DNA of 64,000 bases from Candidatus Acidiferrum sp. (GTDB lineage Archaea > Micrarchaeota > Micrarchaeia > Micrarchaeales > Micrarchaeaceae): contig DATJLP010000007.1 of the NCBI GenBank assembly GCA_035509375.1, positions 9,848-73,847 of the forward strand, given 5' to 3'. Numbering within the stretch: position 1 is the first letter of the stretch; each line of letters opens with the position of its first letter. Made by a program: the position numbers and the translations under genes. Below, one piece after another: positions 8,582-17,494 of this stretch. A model generated the notes under the pieces. The model saw only the letters and a list, made by a program, of their open reading frames with translations. It did not search any database and was not told the origin of the DNA.

Positions 8582-9076
8582 TTACAGTTTGGGCACCACA
8601 AGCGTGTGCTCCGTCGGGTATGGCGACTTTACCCTTGAGGTCTGTATGTTCTTCGTCTTCCAGAACATCTCGGCGATCTTCTGGACATTTTCAAGCAGGG
8701 CCTCCGCATCGGCAACGCTGGTGCCCTGCTTGGCCTTTGATGCAGACTTGAGGGTGTCCCACACAAGCCCGTGGAGCTCGGGGTGGGCTGTAGCATGCTC
8801 CGGCTTGAAGTAGTCGGCCCAGAGCACTCTGACCTCGTGCTTGCAGATCTCTGCATGCTGCTCCTTTACCGCAGTATATCTGATCATCTTGTTCCTTCCG
8901 TCTGTGGTCATGTCGTTGTTCTTGACAAGGTCTGCAATAAGCATGTCCATTCTCAAGACCGTGTGGGCTGCTATCTGCGCGGTATGCGGGTCGTATATTC
9001 CGCATGGGATGTCGCAGTGCGCGTACGCTACCTTGAATTTTACAATCCTGTCCAGTGCCTTTAGTACCCTGTTCAT
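8582..9076 (-). CDS. sodN: nickel-containing superoxide dismutase precursor
   Basis: The nickel-hook HCDIPCGIYDP follows a 19-aa propeptide (MNRVLKALDRIVKFKVAYA). Confidence 0.9.
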   Translation of the reverse strand: MNRVLKALDRIVKFKVAYAHCDIPCGIYDPHTAQIAAHTVLRMDMLIADLVKNNDMTTDGRNKMIRYTAVKEQHAEICKHEVRVLWADYFKPEHATAHPELHGLVWDTLKSASKAKQGTSVADAEALLENVQKIAEMFWKTKNIQTSRVKSPYPTEHTLVVPKL

Positions 9077-9122
9077 TCCACCACAATATCATTTGGCGAT
9101 ATTGTTTATAAGCCTTTCTCGC

Positions 9123-10244
9123 TCACCATTCCTCCCTGATCGGAAATACGAGCTTCTCCCAGGCCTGCGGCGAGAAAGCCCCCCTGCTTTGTATAACTAT
9201 GGTGGGCTCGGTTGTCACCTCCCCTATAACCTTGCTTCTTATGTTGTGCCTCCCCGCGACCCTCTCAACGTCGGCAGGGTTTGGGGTGAAGATGCACATG
9301 CCCTGCCCCATATTCCATGTCATGTACGCCTCCCTGTCGCTTATGTTTCCAATCTCCTGGCAGTGTATCATCAGGCCGCACGGGACCATTGGGTCGGTTA
9401 TGCGCGCGCCGAGGCCGCTGGGCATCAGCGCCCTCCTTAGCTTTTCCGGGAGGCCTCCTCCGGTGACATGGGATATGCCGTGCACCTCTGCCATCGGCTC
9501 ACCGGCAACGCCGCCCACCATGTCCACAACAGCCTTTGTGTATATTCTTGAGGGGTGCAGCGCCTGCTCGCCTATCGTTCTGCCGTCCAGCTCCTGCTCC
9601 GTCCAGTTGCTGCCGTATGCATTCTGCATGGTCTTCCTGAGCAGCGTCAACCCATTGGACCTGAACCCTTCCTCTCTCAGGGCCACAATCTTGTCCCCGT
9701 TCTTGATCTCGTTTCCTCTCAGCATCCTCGAAGTCCTTGCAAACCAGATTACGCCAGCAGACCAGTTATAGTTGAAGGGCCCGACCCCCCTCACCCTGGG
9801 GCCAAGGTCTGCGACCTCGCCGTTGATAACAGCCACGCGCGCCTCCCTTGCCGCGCTTATGGTGCCCTCTGCGAGCTGCATTATCATTCCAAGGTGGGAG
9901 CCTCTGCTGCTTTGAAAGCCGTTGACATCCAGCACAGAGCCTATCACGGCCGGCTCGCCTCCCCTGCGCACTGCGTCATCGCACGCCATTGCAAAGAGGT
10001 CGTGCGCAACGGTGCCGTGGTATCCGACGCGCTCTGCTATCTCTGGTTTTGATCCTGTGCCCTCAAACTCAGCGCTCATTACAGCGTCGCTTGGCAGGTT
10101 CCTGAGCGGAATGGCCCTGAAGCTGGAAAAGTCCGGAAATACCTCAGAAACCTCGCCGATCCTGCCGGCCCTGTTCACCCAGGTCTGCTTTGCAGCCTCA
10201 TAGAGGATATTTGACGCTCTTCGCTTGCCATGATTTATGGGCAT
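9123..10244 (-). CDS. purM: AIR synthase (PurM)-like phosphoribosylformylglycinamidine cyclo-ligase
   Basis: PurM-superfamily pattern: GTGSKPEIA, DLFAMACDDAVRRGGEP, NGEVADLGP, EEGFRSNGLTLLRK, HVTGGG, TWNMGQG. The sequence is divergent. Confidence 0.7.
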   Translation of the reverse strand: MPINHGKRRASNILYEAAKQTWVNRAGRIGEVSEVFPDFSSFRAIPLRNLPSDAVMSAEFEGTGSKPEIAERVGYHGTVAHDLFAMACDDAVRRGGEPAVIGSVLDVNGFQSSRGSHLGMIMQLAEGTISAAREARVAVINGEVADLGPRVRGVGPFNYNWSAGVIWFARTSRMLRGNEIKNGDKIVALREEGFRSNGLTLLRKTMQNAYGSNWTEQELDGRTIGEQALHPSRIYTKAVVDMVGGVAGEPMAEVHGISHVTGGGLPEKLRRALMPSGLGARITDPMVPCGLMIHCQEIGNISDREAYMTWNMGQGMCIFTPNPADVERVAGRHNIRSKVIGEVTTEPTIVIQSRGAFSPQAWEKLVFPIREEW

Positions 10245-10284
10245 AAATTGTCTCTTATCTTTCAGATATAAATAACTTCATAAA

Positions 10285-10356
10285 TGGGCCTGTGGAGAGT
10301 CGAACTCCAGTCTCAAGCGTGTAAGGCTAGCGTCTTGACCGTTGGACGACAGGCCC
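10285..10356 (-). tRNA. tRNA-Val (UAC)
   Basis: Acceptor GGGCCUG/CAGGCCC, T arm UGGAG-UUCGACU-CUCCA, anticodon loop CUUACAC. The anticodon stem has one U-U mismatch. Confidence 0.7.
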
Positions 10357-10429
10357 ACAATAAGCTTACACTAATTCCACAGTTGGAACTGCAATCCTAT
10401 GCAACCTAATCCCTAATATCCCTTTCGGG

Positions 10430-11095
10430 TCACTTGCTTTCGAGGCTGGCATCGTCTATCACATAGCTTCCAGAGGATCCAGACCATGTCTTGTGGAACT
10501 TCAGTATCTTTATCGATTTCTTGAAGAGAGGTGCATCAAGCACGAAAGACTCAGCCTCGCCGCCTTCGAACGATAGATTGATCTTGTACTTGTTGTGTAC
10601 CTTAACAAGTTTATCTATGGTCTGCTCGTTGATCCTTGCACCGAGAAAGCTTTCATCTAGGCCGGCCGCAGAGACGTTGACTATTATAGCGTTGAATGTC
10701 TTTGATATCTCGTTTAGTTCTGATAGTGGGTCTGTACCCCATAGCGGAGCGTGATGAGTTATGCCGAGCCTCTTGCATATCTCGTTTATCCTGTCAGCCT
10801 GGTACCTGCTCGCCACAGCGCCGGTTATCAGCTCTGTCACCTCGTTCTCTTTGAGCGCATTCTCTATGTCAACAAGCTCCTTCTCCTTCTCGCCCTTTGT
10901 GTTGAAAAACACCTGCCTTATCCCCATCGCTTCTGCCTGCAGCTTTGTCCATTTTATATTCGGTCTATGGAACATGTAGCTGAATTCGTTCTCTGATACT
11001 GCGCTGATCAGCAGGTCTGTCTTCTTTCCCTTCTCTGCCATCTTGTGTATCGCCAAAGTCGAATCCTTGCCACCGCTGTAAAGTGCTGCTATCAT
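10430..11095 (-). CDS. dph6: diphthine-ammonia ligase (Dph6 / MJ0570-type PP-loop ATPase)
   Basis: SGGKDS PP-loop at the N-terminus and GEGGE-like FEGGEAES near the C-terminus. Its start overlaps the nth stop by 4 nt. Confidence 0.75.
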   Translation of the reverse strand: MIAALYSGGKDSTLAIHKMAEKGKKTDLLISAVSENEFSYMFHRPNIKWTKLQAEAMGIRQVFFNTKGEKEKELVDIENALKENEVTELITGAVASRYQADRINEICKRLGITHHAPLWGTDPLSELNEISKTFNAIIVNVSAAGLDESFLGARINEQTIDKLVKVHNKYKINLSFEGGEAESFVLDAPLFKKSIKILKFHKTWSGSSGSYVIDDASLESK

Positions 11096-11754
11096 TTTGC
11101 ATCACTTGAGGGGCAGATGTCGTTGAGCACGCACCTATCGCAGTACTTTCTCCTTGCGGTGCAGACATCCCTTCCCAACGCTATGAAAAGGTGGGTTGTA
11201 TCTTTCCAGTCCTCTTTTCTTTTCACTATCTTCATTAGCCTCTTTTCTATCTTCTCGGGGTCTTTTGTGTTGTATAGGAAGAGCCTGTTTGCGACAGTTA
11301 TGCAGTGGGTGTCTATCGCCATCCCTGTGTTGATTCCAAAGGCGTTTGCAAGGACGACGTTAGCAGTCTTCCTGCCCACTCCAGGCAGCTCGAGCAGCTG
11401 CTCCATTGTCTTTGGCACGCTTCCTCTGAAGTTCTTTTCTATGTACTTCGCTGTTGCGATTATGTTCTTTGACTTGTTGCGGTATATATTTATCGTTCTC
11501 ACATAGGGGTAGAGCCTTGTGGGGCTAAGCTTTGCGAAGTCCTTTGGGTTTTTGTACTTCTTGAACAATGCGGGAGTCGCCTTGTTCACCTGCGTATCCT
11601 GCGCCTGCGCGGAGAGCATAGTCGATACCAGCAGTTCCCATGGGTTTGAATGCTCCAGTGATGTCATCATCTCTTCTGGGTACCTTTTCTTTAGTCTTGA
11701 GAGGATTACCCCTATCTTCTCTTCTGCACCCCTACCGTTCATCTTGAATACCAC
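11092..11754 (-). CDS. nth: endonuclease III (DNA glycosylase/AP lyase)
   Basis: HhH-GPD (LPGVGRKTANVVL) and a C-terminal 4Fe-4S cluster loop, CTARRKYCDRCVLNDIC. Confidence 0.9.
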   Translation of the reverse strand: MVFKMNGRGAEEKIGVILSRLKKRYPEEMMTSLEHSNPWELLVSTMLSAQAQDTQVNKATPALFKKYKNPKDFAKLSPTRLYPYVRTINIYRNKSKNIIATAKYIEKNFRGSVPKTMEQLLELPGVGRKTANVVLANAFGINTGMAIDTHCITVANRLFLYNTKDPEKIEKRLMKIVKRKEDWKDTTHLFIALGRDVCTARRKYCDRCVLNDICPSSDAK

Positions 11755-12296
11755 CTAAAAAATGCGCTGAACGCCTTGCCCCTGTGCGATACCTTGTTCT
11801 TTTGCGCTACATCGACTTCGGCCAAAGTCTTTCCTTTATACCCATTTGGGGAGAATATCGGATCGAAGCCAAACCCATGACTGCCCTTTTCCCTTTTTGT
11901 TATGCTCCCGTGCACCTTTCCTGAAAAAGATTTTGTGCTTCTTCCATCAAAAAAGCTTACAGAGCATTCGAAATATGCAGACCTGTCTTTTACGCCATTC
12001 ATCAGCTTCAATATCCCCTTGTCTCCCAGTGTGGGTACCGCATAAGCGGAATAAACCCCGGGAAAACCTCCAAGAGCCTTTACAAATAAGCCAGAGTCAT
12101 CAACAACCAGTGGTTTTTTTATGTACCTGTATGCATGCCTTGCAGCGAACTCGGATACATCTGAAAGGAGATCCGACTGTATTTCCAGCTTTTCCAGTTT
12201 TTGGGGCATGGATAACTCTATCCCGTATCTCTTTGCAATCTCATTAGCTTCTGCGAGTTTTCCTTTGTTGTGTGTTAGCAGGGTTAGTTTTTTCAT
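11739..12296 (-). CDS. non-canonical purine NTP pyrophosphatase (Ham1/RdgB, ITPase)
   Basis: Ham1 pattern: THNKGKLAE, DDSGLFV.ALGGFPGVYSA, GFGFDPIF, SHRGKA. Confidence 0.85.
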   Translation of the reverse strand: MKKLTLLTHNKGKLAEANEIAKRYGIELSMPQKLEKLEIQSDLLSDVSEFAARHAYRYIKKPLVVDDSGLFVKALGGFPGVYSAYAVPTLGDKGILKLMNGVKDRSAYFECSVSFFDGRSTKSFSGKVHGSITKREKGSHGFGFDPIFSPNGYKGKTLAEVDVAQKNKVSHRGKAFSAFFRWYSR

Positions 12297-12348
12297 GTGC
12301 TCAAATACTGTTTAGAAGAAGATATTTATAAAGAAAAGGGCATATCGG

Positions 12349-13608
12349 TTGGGGGAAATGCGCATTGTATCAGACCTTCACGTCCATTCGAGGTTCGCTG
12401 CTGCATGCAGCAGCTCTATAACGCTCAATGGGCTTGAGCAGGCTGCTGTTGAGAAAGGGATAAACCTTGTGGGGACTGGCGATTTTACACATCCGGAGTG
12501 GCTCAAAGAGATAAAGGGCACCCTTGAAGAGGTTGTCGATACCAGAACATTCAAAATCAAAGGGTCAAAATCAGATGTAAGGTTCATGTTGAGCTCTGAG
12601 GTGTGCACGATATCGAACGATAAGGATGGAGTCAAAAAGATACACCACTGCATATTGATGCCGAGCCTGGAATCCGTCGACTCGCTGAACGCGTCCTTGT
12701 CGAAATACGGAAGCCTTCCTTCCGACGGGAGGCCTATACTATCAATGAAGGCTTCTGAGCTTGTTGAGAAGGTCATGGCTGCGGATAGCAACGCTTTCAT
12801 CTTCCCGGCACACGCCTGGACACCATACTTCGGCGTATTCGGGGCACTTTCCGGCTTCGATTCGATGAAAGAGGCGTACGAGGATCAGGAAAAGCACATA
12901 TACGCGCTTGAAAGCGGCCTTTCTTCAGACCCTCAGATGAACTGGAGAATATCGGCCCTTGACAAATATGCGGTGTTGTCAACAAGCGACATGCACTCTC
13001 TGCCAAAGATGGGAAGGGAGATGAGCGTTTTTAACCTTGATAACCTTTCTTACAGATCGCTGATAAGCGCAATAAAGGACAAAGACGTAAAGCGATTTGA
13101 AAAGACGGTTGAGTTCTTTCCTGAAGAGGGGAAGTACCACTTTGATGGTCATAGGAAGTGCATGGTCTCGATAGACCCTGACAAGCAGAAGAACATAACA
13201 AGGTGCCCGGTATGCGGAGGAAAGATTGTTGTTGGCGTCCTTCACAGGATCAACGACCTTTCCGACAGGGATGCCGGCTACTCACCAAAGGGAAGGGTTC
13301 CTTTCATAAAGGCGGTCCCCTTGCTCGAGGTGATAGCAAACGTGATGAAAAAGAGCACAACCTCAGTGCCAGTTCAGAAAATGTACATTGAGATGACCGC
13401 CAGGCTCGGCACCGAGTACAGCATACTCCTTGACGTCGGTGTGGATAAAATATCTGAAGCCTTTGGGGTTGACATGGGGACCGCCATATCGAACATGAGG
13501 AACGGCACAATAACCATAGAGCCGGGATATGCGGGAGTGTTTGGCAAGGTGGACCTGCTAAACAGAGAGAGGAAAAAAGGGCCCACTTGGAAGCAGAAGA
13601 CGCTTTAG
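12349..13608 (+). CDS. endonuclease Q-like (PHP-domain nuclease cutting 5' of deaminated bases)
   Basis: N-terminal DLHVHSRF, GTGDFTHPEW, and a zinc-finger CPVCGGKIVVGVLHRINDL. Size is about 415 aa. The likely ATG start is at 12358. Confidence 0.7.
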   Translation: MGEMRIVSDLHVHSRFAAACSSSITLNGLEQAAVEKGINLVGTGDFTHPEWLKEIKGTLEEVVDTRTFKIKGSKSDVRFMLSSEVCTISNDKDGVKKIHHCILMPSLESVDSLNASLSKYGSLPSDGRPILSMKASELVEKVMAADSNAFIFPAHAWTPYFGVFGALSGFDSMKEAYEDQEKHIYALESGLSSDPQMNWRISALDKYAVLSTSDMHSLPKMGREMSVFNLDNLSYRSLISAIKDKDVKRFEKTVEFFPEEGKYHFDGHRKCMVSIDPDKQKNITRCPVCGGKIVVGVLHRINDLSDRDAGYSPKGRVPFIKAVPLLEVIANVMKKSTTSVPVQKMYIEMTARLGTEYSILLDVGVDKISEAFGVDMGTAISNMRNGTITIEPGYAGVFGKVDLLNRERKKGPTWKQKTL

Positions 13609-13965
13609 TCAGTAGCTGCTGGTGAAGAGCCTCTTTGCTATCACTATTGGGCTTACCACCACTTTTCTGAATGTGTTTGATGCCCTTCTTATCTTAACAT
13701 TCTTGAACGCCGCCATGGCGAAGTTGTCCATTATGCTGTTGTAGTGCTTGAGCGCCACAAGTGCGACAAACAGCACGCCTATGATCGCCATTTCCACCGT
13801 TATGAGCCACCCGGTGACTGTGAGGACAAAGTGAGAGTAGTTCTCTCCCTTCAGTATGAGCAGGGTGGCCAATGATATCATGAAATCTAGTATGACGGAT
13901 ATGTATGCTAGCTTCTCGAGCCAGCCCTCCATCCTCTTTACCCTCTCAAACTCGTGGTAGTACAA
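13609..13965 (-). CDS. hypothetical small membrane protein
   Basis: 118-aa ORF with two to three hydrophobic helices. No motif recognised. Confidence 0.4.
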   Translation of the reverse strand: MYYHEFERVKRMEGWLEKLAYISVILDFMISLATLLILKGENYSHFVLTVTGWLITVEMAIIGVLFVALVALKHYNSIMDNFAMAAFKNVKIRRASNTFRKVVVSPIVIAKRLFTSSY

Positions 13966-14043
13966 ACTTATTCACCAATCGCCACTATGATAGCTATTGC
14001 AAGCATTTAAAAAGAATGCAGAGTCACTTGACTAGTGGAAGTT

Positions 14044-14577
14044 TTATGTTTCGGATTTTTCGGCTCCGCTTTCCTGCGCTTCCCCACCGTTTGGAGACCT
14101 TAGATAGCCGGGATAATCGGGAAATATTGTGCCCTGCTCCCTCTGCATTTTGAATATCTCTTCGATGTCGCTGTTCAATTTTGCCTTAGTGGTGCCGAGC
14201 ACATTGTTTGCAAACCTCATTGCAATCGCGTCGATGCCGGCAGACCTTTCGCCGACTATCCCCAAATAAGCGTGGCGCTCGCTGCTTCCGTTGTTCCGGT
14301 CGCTTTCGACAGAGAGGAAGACCCTTCTGCCTTTCACCATCATGTCTCCATCTGGCAGGACCGTGAATTGCCCTCGCTCCGCCCTTATCGCCCCTTTTAG
14401 CTCAGACCCCATCCATAACTTAATCTCGCTGTTTGGAATGTCTCCAAGGACCCTCAAACCGTAACGCGTTACAGGAACGTGGGTTGCCAGGTCAAAAGAG
14501 TCGGACCTTGTCAGCCCCCAGAAAATAGGGCCCTCGGCCCTTGAAGCATCTGGAATGTTCGCAGGCTTTCGAACCAT
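14044..14577 (-). CDS. hypothetical protein
   Basis: 177-aa ORF with coding-like composition. No motif recognised. Confidence 0.4.
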   Translation of the reverse strand: MVRKPANIPDASRAEGPIFWGLTRSDSFDLATHVPVTRYGLRVLGDIPNSEIKLWMGSELKGAIRAERGQFTVLPDGDMMVKGRRVFLSVESDRNNGSSERHAYLGIVGERSAGIDAIAMRFANNVLGTTKAKLNSDIEEIFKMQREQGTIFPDYPGYLRSPNGGEAQESGAEKSET

Positions 14578-14714
14578 AGTACCTTTGCTAATTTGTAATC
14601 CCTGTTTATAGCCCTTTCTGTCCTTAATCTTCCTGTAATCGGGTGCCGGAGCGCACCTTTTAAATATTTCATTGCATAATGATAACTGTTAATTCTATAC
14701 ATCAGCCATAACCA

Positions 14715-15146
14715 GTGCTTTTTATGGGAAATCAGCTTGACAACAAGATAATAGCGGCGATCAGGGTACGCGGCCGCGTCAACGTGAGGCATCAGACCAC
14801 CGAGACGCTGAACAGGCTTCGCCTCAAGAGGGTGAACAACTGCATCGTGGTGAAGATGAACGACTCATACTATGGAATGATCAAGGAATGCAGCAACTAC
14901 ATAACCTACGGCGAAATAGACGAGGAGACGCTCTCCAGGCTGATAAAGAGCAGCAAGATAGAGGCAGACCCGAAGCAGATACTCGATGGGACGTATGACA
15001 TGAAGGCGCTTAAGGAGAAGCTGCCGTTCAGGCTGCACCCCCCAAGGCACGGATACAAGAGCATCAAGAGGAACGTCACGCAGGGAGGGGCGGTGGGCTA
15101 CATGGGCCCGAAGATAAACGGCCTGATAAAGAGGATGGTGAAATAA
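14715..15146 (+). CDS. rpl30p: 50S ribosomal protein uL30 (L30P)
   Basis: IAAIRVRGRVNVRHQTTETLNRLRLKRVNN is typical of archaeal L30. The probable ATG is at 14724. The TAATG junction overlaps uL15. Confidence 0.85.
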   Translation: MLFMGNQLDNKIIAAIRVRGRVNVRHQTTETLNRLRLKRVNNCIVVKMNDSYYGMIKECSNYITYGEIDEETLSRLIKSSKIEADPKQILDGTYDMKALKEKLPFRLHPPRHGYKSIKRNVTQGGAVGYMGPKINGLIKRMVK

Positions 15147-15547
15147 TGGTCGTAAGAAGGACGAAACGCAACAGGAAGTACCTCGGCACGAGAAGGTGGG
15201 GCGTTGGCAACATAAAGAACGCGCGTGGCAAGGGGGACCGCGGAGGGGTCGGGCGTGCTGGAGCAAGAAAGCACAACTTCACATACATGACATCGCATGC
15301 GAGGGAGGAGATGCACAAGAAGGGCTTCCACCCATGGAACAGCAAGAAAACCGGGGAGATAACGCTGATTCAGATAAACAGCATGCTGGTCGGAAAGGAA
15401 GGCAAGCAAGAGATAGAGCTGCAGAACTGCAAGGTCCTTAGCAACGGCACAATAAGCAAGCCGGTAAAAATAAGGGCTGCAGGCTTCTCAAAGGCTGCTG
15501 AAGAGAAGATAAAGGCGGCCGGCGGAGAGGCAATTGTCATAGAGTAG
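15146..15547 (+). CDS. rpl15p: 50S ribosomal protein uL15 (L15P)
   Basis: MVVRRTKRNRKYLGTRRWGVGNIKNARGKGDRGGVG N-terminus. Confidence 0.85.
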   Translation: MVVRRTKRNRKYLGTRRWGVGNIKNARGKGDRGGVGRAGARKHNFTYMTSHAREEMHKKGFHPWNSKKTGEITLIQINSMLVGKEGKQEIELQNCKVLSNGTISKPVKIRAAGFSKAAEEKIKAAGGEAIVIE

Positions 15548-15561
15548 ACTTTTGTGGGTCG

Positions 15562-16734
15562 ATGGGAGAATCATTAAGAATCGCATTTTACACGGATACG
15601 TATCTCCCTGCCGTTGACGGTGTCGTAACCTCCATCCTGAATACAAAAAGGGAGCTGGAGAGGCGCGGGCACGAGGTCTACATATTCACCAGCGGGGAGA
15701 GCATGTCAAAGCCCCTCACCGAGATAGAGCACAACGTCTACGCGGTCCACGGAGTCAAGTTCAACAGGTACCCGCAGTACAGGCTTGCGATCTTCCCGTT
15801 CCTCGCGTCTGTCAAGCTCAACGAGATAAAGCCCGACATAATACACGCCCACACCCCCTTCATGATGGGGCTTTCCGGGCTCTCAATGGCGAAGATAAAC
15901 AGGCTTCCCATGGTCGGAACATTCCACACATTCTTCACAGACAAGAGCGTGCTTGCGGAATACGGAGGGGGGAAGGCAGTTGAAAAGGTCATGATCAGGG
16001 CGGCCTGGCCGTATGCAAGGTTCTTCTTCAAGAAGTGCAACAGGGTAATAGCCCCAAGCCTTACGACCGCGAACGTGCTGCAGCGCCACGGGATAAACAA
16101 CACCATTGTAGTGCCGAACGGCGTAGACACGAGAAGGTTCAACCCAGATGTCCAAAGCTCGAGGATAAGAAAGAGCATAACAAAGAGCAAGAGGGACAAG
16201 GTTGTGCTCTATGTCGGCAGGATGAGCAAGGAGAAGAGGGTGGACGTCCTAATTAGGGCGGCGGCCCGCCTGAAAGGGCATGGAATAAAGTTCGTCTTCG
16301 CTGGCACGGGCCCGGCGGCGCACAGGTACCAGCACCTTGCCGCAAGGCTGGGCCTCCGAGACACGGCCAGGTTCGTGGGCTTCGTGCCGGACAAGGACCT
16401 TCCGAAGTATTACGCGGCTGCTGATGTATTCTGCACCCCCTCGACTTTTGAGACACAGGGCATAGTGGCGATAGAGGCGATGGCGGCGGGAACGCCGGTC
16501 GTTGGGGCCAACAGCAGGGAGCTTCGCGAGGTGGTGAAGAACGGAAGAAACGGGGAGAAGTTCAGGGCTGGCGATGCGGGCGATTGCGCAAGGAAGATAG
16601 AGAAGGTTATAAATAACCAGAGCGCATATAAAGAGATGGTTAAGACCGCAGAGAGGTACTCTATAAAAAACGTTACAGATACGTTATTAAATGTATACAA
16701 AGAGATAATTTCAGGCGCGGATTCTGATTTGTAA
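15562..16734 (+). CDS. GT4-family (GT-B) glycosyltransferase
   Basis: N-terminal YLPAVDGVV and a C-terminal EGFGIV-like ETQGIVAIEAMAAGTPVV motif. Confidence 0.85.
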   Translation: MGESLRIAFYTDTYLPAVDGVVTSILNTKRELERRGHEVYIFTSGESMSKPLTEIEHNVYAVHGVKFNRYPQYRLAIFPFLASVKLNEIKPDIIHAHTPFMMGLSGLSMAKINRLPMVGTFHTFFTDKSVLAEYGGGKAVEKVMIRAAWPYARFFFKKCNRVIAPSLTTANVLQRHGINNTIVVPNGVDTRRFNPDVQSSRIRKSITKSKRDKVVLYVGRMSKEKRVDVLIRAAARLKGHGIKFVFAGTGPAAHRYQHLAARLGLRDTARFVGFVPDKDLPKYYAAADVFCTPSTFETQGIVAIEAMAAGTPVVGANSRELREVVKNGRNGEKFRAGDAGDCARKIEKVINNQSAYKEMVKTAERYSIKNVTDTLLNVYKEIISGADSDL

Positions 16735-16796
16735 ATCGAATAAGAAGCCAAGGCGATTAGCTGGCAGGTAATGAAAGCGTAGGGCCGATAAAGCCC

Positions 16797-17468
16797 GTGG
16801 ATAGGAAGGAACAGAAGGCCAATTCTAGCACAAACCAAGATGGCAAGGGAGCGTCGATGCTCAACAACATGATAAAGGAATCGACCGACCCGAGGGTGCA
16901 GGAGCTCAAGAAGGAGATAGAGGCGATAAAGAAGCAGAGGGGCGAGCTCGTCTCAAGGATGCGCGAGAGCCAGTACCGCCTCAACTACAAGAACGCGGAG
17001 CAGCAGGCGCTGGTCAAGCTCGTCGAGATGCAGAAGGCGAAGGAGCAGGGGAAGGCCAAGGAGAACATAGGCAAGCTGAAGAGGATGAGGCACTCGATAG
17101 AGTTCAGGATTTCGACAGAGTCGATGAACCTGCAGCAGGAGAAGAGCATGGTGAGGAAGATCGAGGAGGTCAATGCCTTGATAGAGGAGGCATTGAAGCT
17201 CGAGAGGCTTGAGAGGAAGAGGGGCCTGGTGAGCAAGGACATAGAGATGTACCAGAAGACGCTCGGCGAGGTTGTCGCAAAGATAACCGAGCTGGACGCG
17301 AAGCTGGACACTCTCTATTCCGAGATAAGGAAGAGCCTGGGCATACAGAAGAGGAGGCCGAAGGTCATGGGAGAGAAGAGGCCGCAGCCGAAGCCGCAGA
17401 AGAACGAGGAGATAAACCTCGAGGACATAGTGGTGATAAAGAAGAAAGGAGGTGCGAGCGCCAACTGA
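16797..17468 (+). CDS. K/E-rich coiled-coil protein (archaeal COG1340-like)
   Basis: 223 aa with heptad-like charged repeats throughout. The family assignment is tentative. Confidence 0.45.
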   Translation: MDRKEQKANSSTNQDGKGASMLNNMIKESTDPRVQELKKEIEAIKKQRGELVSRMRESQYRLNYKNAEQQALVKLVEMQKAKEQGKAKENIGKLKRMRHSIEFRISTESMNLQQEKSMVRKIEEVNALIEEALKLERLERKRGLVSKDIEMYQKTLGEVVAKITELDAKLDTLYSEIRKSLGIQKRRPKVMGEKRPQPKPQKNEEINLEDIVVIKKKGGASAN

Positions 17469-17494
17469 ATAGACTTGCAAATAAAAAAGAAAAA

